Shown here piece after piece: positions 60,348-64,000 of a stretch of DNA of 64,000 nt. Each line of letters opens with the position of its first letter. Position 1 is the stretch's first letter. Made by a program: the position numbers and the translations under genes. The notes beneath the pieces were generated by a model. That model was not told where the DNA came from. It searched no databases and saw only the letters and a program-made list of their open reading frames with translations. The stretch spans positions 7,234 to 71,233 of the forward strand of contig JAUCQC010000125.1 in the NCBI GenBank assembly GCA_030372965.1, read 5' to 3'. Origin of the DNA: a bacterium. GTDB taxonomy: Bacteria > Zhuqueibacterota > QNDG01 > DTFT01.

Positions 60348-62411
60348 TCACGGCTTGCGTCGGGGCTGCGGCGTTTTCCGCATCCGGGCCGGAGCACGCT
60401 TCCGATCCGGCGTTTCCCCCGTTCGCAGGAACATCGAGAAGGAGCCGTCGAAACGGCCGGCCGTGTCGAAAATCGGGGTCGCGGAAACGGACACCCCGAC
60501 CGGGCTTCCGTCCCTGGCGCGCAGAATGCGGACATACCGCTCCGATCGGCCCGTCCTGCGGCGCCGCGTGCGGCGGACATGATCGGGAAGGTCCCGGCTG
60601 AACAGAAAATCCGCGGCCGGACGGTTCATCATCTCCCTGACCGTGTATCCGAGCAAACCGGCCATCCGCCGGTTGACAAATGTCGTTCGGTCCGAGCGGT
60701 CCAGTATCCAGATTCCCTCCATGGCCGTCTCGACGATGCGGCGGAAGCGTTTTTCGCTCTCGGCCAGAAGGTCCGCCTCGGTCCGGTGCTGCACCAGAAC
60801 CGCAGCGTGATTCACCAGCGTTTCGACGAGCTGGGCGTTTTGCAGGACTCGCTTCTCCCGAAAGAGAAACGAGACGCTGCCGTGCAGTTTCCGCCGGCTG
60901 ACCATGCCCATGACCCAGATTTCACGGATGCCGAGCGCTCTTTCAAGGCTGCGGCACGCGGGTTCCGGAAGCCGTTTGACACAGAGGCCGTGGAGGCCGG
61001 AACGCAGACGGACCAGTCTCCGGCTCATGTACGCGGACAGCCGATCCCCCGGCATTTCGGCCAGCGGGACCGAAACGTCAAAGGGATCGCGCTTGAAATG
61101 ACGCCGCGCCATTCCGGTCCGGGCTTTCGGCCCGAGCCACAGCATCGGTTTGAGACCGGCGCCGGACTCGTCCAGGCCGTTGATCAGGACAAAGTCAGCA
61201 CCGGACTCCTCGCGCAGAATTTCCCCGAGCCTGGCCAGAACCGGTTCGACGGTGGACTCTTCCGTCAATATCCTCGAAGCCCGGGACAGGAGCGTCTGCT
61301 CCCGGAGGTAACGGCGCTGGAGAGAATCGACCTGGCGCTGAATGGTCACGTCGTTCCCGTACAGATTCACATACCCTTCCTCCGGAACCGGCGTCACGTT
61401 CAGGGAGTAGATGACCTCCCCGGCCCGGGCGTCCACCGGCCGGGGTTTTCCGGTGGAAAGCGCCTGGCGGGTCCATCGCCGTGCGAAGGCAGGAACCTTC
61501 CCGCCGACGCGGCAGTCCCACTCGTCGAGCAGCCGTCCGCTGGCCGGATTCGCGTACAGGAGAACGCCGGCCTTGTCCACGCGCATGACCGGATTCGGAT
61601 TTTCAGCGGGAAAACGGGAGAGCTGCCGGATTTCCGATTCCGCTTTCCGCCGCTCGCTGATCTCCTTGAACACCAGGACGGCACCCGTGAGCCTGCCCCG
61701 GTCGTCGCGTATCGGCGCGCCGCTGTCGTCGATGGGGATACGCAGGCCGTCCTTGCGGATCAGGAGCGTGTGATCGGCCAGCCCCGCGTAACGGCCGTCC
61801 CGAAGCACCTTCCGGACGGGATTCTCGACGGGGCGGCCGCTCTCTTCGGAGACGATCCGGAAAACGCGTTCGACGGGCAGGCCGGAGGCGTCCGCCATGT
61901 CCCATCCCGTGAGCCGCGAAGCCGTGCCGTTCATGAAGGTGATGCGGCCGCCGGAATCGAGCGTCAGAACGGCGTCTCCGATGCTGCGCAGCGTGGTCGA
62001 GAACCACTCCTCCCGCTGCGCCAGAAGACGGTCTGCGCGGTGCTTGACCAGGGCGGTTTCAATGACGACATGCAGTTCCTTGAAGTCGAAGGGCTTGTGC
62101 AGGTAACCGTATGGATGGGTCGATTTGATCCGCTCGATGGTGTCCGCGTCGGAGAAAGCGGTCACATAGACCACGGGAAGGCCGAACCGTTCCGTCATGG
62201 CCCTGGCGGTGCCGATGCCGTTCAGCGGTCCCTTCAGAACAATATCCATCAGCACGAGGTCCGGATGCCTCAGTCCGGCCAGGCGGAGGGCTTCCTCGCC
62301 CGAGGAGGCCAGGCCCGCCACTTCGTAACCGAGCTGGGAGAGCGTGAGCCGGAGATCCTCGGCCGCGATGCGCTCGTCCTCGACGATCAAAATGCGGTGT
62401 TTCTTTTCCAT
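60348..62411 (-). CDS. Response regulator receiver fused to tandem PAS/GAF-like sensory domains, no recognisable output domain
   Basis: The N-terminal REC (ILIVEDE...LVLMDIVL...) is followed by repeated PAS-like blocks (ITFMNGTASRLTGW, VLLYANPASGRLLDEW, TTFVNRRMAGLLGY). No H-box or HATPase is present. Confidence 0.8.
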   Translation of the reverse strand: MEKKHRILIVEDERIAAEDLRLTLSQLGYEVAGLASSGEEALRLAGLRHPDLVLMDIVLKGPLNGIGTARAMTERFGLPVVYVTAFSDADTIERIKSTHPYGYLHKPFDFKELHVVIETALVKHRADRLLAQREEWFSTTLRSIGDAVLTLDSGGRITFMNGTASRLTGWDMADASGLPVERVFRIVSEESGRPVENPVRKVLRDGRYAGLADHTLLIRKDGLRIPIDDSGAPIRDDRGRLTGAVLVFKEISERRKAESEIRQLSRFPAENPNPVMRVDKAGVLLYANPASGRLLDEWDCRVGGKVPAFARRWTRQALSTGKPRPVDARAGEVIYSLNVTPVPEEGYVNLYGNDVTIQRQVDSLQRRYLREQTLLSRASRILTEESTVEPVLARLGEILREESGADFVLINGLDESGAGLKPMLWLGPKARTGMARRHFKRDPFDVSVPLAEMPGDRLSAYMSRRLVRLRSGLHGLCVKRLPEPACRSLERALGIREIWVMGMVSRRKLHGSVSFLFREKRVLQNAQLVETLVNHAAVLVQHRTEADLLAESEKRFRRIVETAMEGIWILDRSDRTTFVNRRMAGLLGYTVREMMNRPAADFLFSRDLPDHVRRTRRRRTGRSERYVRILRARDGSPVGVSVSATPIFDTAGRFDGSFSMFLRTGETPDRKRAPARMRKTPQPRRKP

Positions 62412-62527
62412 GATTCGACTCCCGGCTGGACTTCAGGAGGTGATGGTCGGGAACCGGTCCGGCGCCGGTGAGGACAATCTATGGCGTACCCCTGTAAATT
62501 TCAAGGAAAAACATGCGAGGGACCGGA

Positions 62528-64000
62528 TCAGAACACGAAAGAAATCAGCCGGACCCCGGCCGCCAGGCCGGCGGACACGGCCAGACAGAACAGGCTGATC
62601 CAAACCGTCCGCCGTGCGCCGATTTCGCGTATCATGGCGCCGATCGTGCCCAGGCAGGGCAGGTAGAAAACCACGAACACCGTGAATGCGAGAATCTGGA
62701 CCGCGCTCAGGACGCCGGCCGGATGCCGGGTTCCCAGGACCTGGAACAACATCAGCATGGTGAGTTCCTTGCGGAGAAGACCGTACACCAGAACGACGCC
62801 GAGACCTGCGGGCAGATCCAGGAGCGCGGTCAACGGACGCAGCATGCGGTTGACCGTATCCGTCCAGCCGTAATGATCCATCAGGCCGAGCAGAACGCTG
62901 CCCAGGATCAGGAGCGGCCAGGCGACCACGACAAAATCCTTGAGCCGGATCCAGGTCTTGCTCCAGAGCGTCTTGAGCCTGGGACGCCGGAACGGAGGTA
63001 TCTCCATCAGCATTCCGGGGGTGGACTCCGGCATCAAACGGGACAGAAGCAACCCGGATCCCGCGACCACGGCCAGGTTGAGTCCGTAGACGGACAGCGC
63101 GGCCAGGCTTCCGAGCGTGGCGCCGGCGAGACCGAAAATCACCGTCATTCTCGCCGAACAGGGGACCAGAACCGCGACCACCGAAGCGATGAACCGGTCA
63201 CGCGGAGAACCCAGGATGCGGGTGGCCATGACCGCCGGAACGTTGCATCCGTATCCGAGCAGGAAGGGAATGACGGCCGTCCCGTGCAGTCCGACACGGT
63301 GCATGAACGTGTCCGACAGAAAAGCGGCGCGGGGCAGATAACCCGTATCCTCGAGAAAAGCGAGACCGAGGAGAAAGGGAATCAGGAACGGAACCACCAC
63401 GGTCAAACCGCCGCCGAATCCGTACAAGGCCGCCCGGAGAAGCGCGGGACCCAGGGAACCGGGCGTTCCCGTCGCGAACCAGGCCGCCATTCTCGCCTCC
63501 AGGCCAGCCGTCATCGGCTTCTCGACCCAGGTTCCGAATCGCAGTACGGATATGAAGAAACCGCCGAGAATCAGGGCGAGAAAGAGATATCCCCAGGCAT
63601 TGTGGAGAAGCGCGTCATCGAGCCGGTCTCTCCACCCCACCGACGGCTTTCCCATACCGCTGACGGATTCGGCGGTGTGCATGGCGATGGCGTGCCGTTC
63701 CGATGAAACGACCGCGTCCGCCGGTTTGCCGTGCGATCGCTCCAGGCGTTTCCGGTTCCGGATCACCGAAGCCGGAAGGGATCCGGTCCGGCTGATGAGA
63801 ATCTCCTCGAAATCCGGATCGCCTTCCAGCAGCTTGACCGCCATCAGCCGCCCCGATACAGGAACGGACGGGGGTATCCGGTTCCGGAGATCCGATTCAA
63901 GGTCGGCGATGACGCCTTCCACATCCCGGCTCTGTGAAGGCGGACGGCCGGCGCGCCCCCGTTTCCGGACCCGGAGCGCCTCACCGAACAGCGCCCGGAT
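62528..64000 (-). CDS. feoB: Ferrous iron transporter FeoB, C-terminal membrane portion; 5' end (G-domain) outside window
   Basis: It is a FeoB-like polytopic membrane domain. The frame is open upstream to the window edge (IRALFGEALRVRKRGRAGRPPSQSRDVEGV...). The ORF-track 'M' at 63922 is a GTG. Confidence 0.75.
   Translation of the reverse strand: MRALFGEALRVRKRGRAGRPPSQSRDVEGVIADLESDLRNRIPPSVPVSGRLMAVKLLEGDPDFEEILISRTGSLPASVIRNRKRLERSHGKPADAVVSSERHAIAMHTAESVSGMGKPSVGWRDRLDDALLHNAWGYLFLALILGGFFISVLRFGTWVEKPMTAGLEARMAAWFATGTPGSLGPALLRAALYGFGGGLTVVVPFLIPFLLGLAFLEDTGYLPRAAFLSDTFMHRVGLHGTAVIPFLLGYGCNVPAVMATRILGSPRDRFIASVVAVLVPCSARMTVIFGLAGATLGSLAALSVYGLNLAVVAGSGLLLSRLMPESTPGMLMEIPPFRRPRLKTLWSKTWIRLKDFVVVAWPLLILGSVLLGLMDHYGWTDTVNRMLRPLTALLDLPAGLGVVLVYGLLRKELTMLMLFQVLGTRHPAGVLSAVQILAFTVFVVFYLPCLGTIGAMIREIGARRTVWISLFCLAVSAGLAAGVRLISFVF

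Overview
This 64 kb window is high-GC (roughly 65%), gene-dense chromosomal DNA with about 55 protein-coding genes. I found no rRNA, tRNA, CRISPR array, transposase or integrase.

The content is housekeeping and envelope metabolism:
- **Aromatic biosynthesis:** a complete nine-gene shikimate operon (chorismate mutase, DAHP synthase, prephenate dehydrogenase, then aroA, aroE, aroC, aroK, aroB, aroQ) preceded by a terminator-bearing leader.
- **Central metabolism:** transketolase, IMP dehydrogenase, dUTPase, ribosomal protein S20, AsnA, an asparaginase, adenine deaminase, ThiD, QueH and a P-type Ca2+ ATPase.
- **Signalling:** an unusual chemoreceptor whose periplasmic double beta-propeller/Y_Y_Y sensor is fused to an MCP signalling domain, next to a CheB-type methylesterase encoded as two separate genes (receiver and catalytic domain). 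There are also several stand-alone receivers and a REC-PAS protein.
- **Envelope and secreted proteins:** a membrane GT2, a GH20 hexosaminidase, a GT9 heptosyltransferase, an HldE-type heptose kinase, a GH13 pullulanase, a truncated S8 protease, RlpA, and a Kelch protein with a T9SS C-terminal sorting domain.

The T9SS sorting domain and the LPS-heptose genes point to a diderm organism of the FCB (Bacteroidota-like) group.

The most notable candidates are:
- a divergent SDR reductase | alpha-oxoamine synthase + BioF2-like GNAT module resembling the bacterial ceramide core (CerR | Spt–bCerS);
- an MnmA-like PP-loop thiolase with a CxxC...C motif next to a DUF59 (SufT-like) protein and a ferredoxin;
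- a P-loop NTPase–Asp23 fusion expressed from a leaderless promoter;
- pervasive 4-nt NTGA start/stop overlaps between adjacent genes;
- a probable 1-nt frameshift or missing start at the N-terminus of the chemoreceptor gene.

The ORF track prints M for GTG/TTG starts, so starts were re-derived from the nucleotide sequence. Many long antisense or off-frame ORFs in the track are high-GC shadow ORFs and were rejected.
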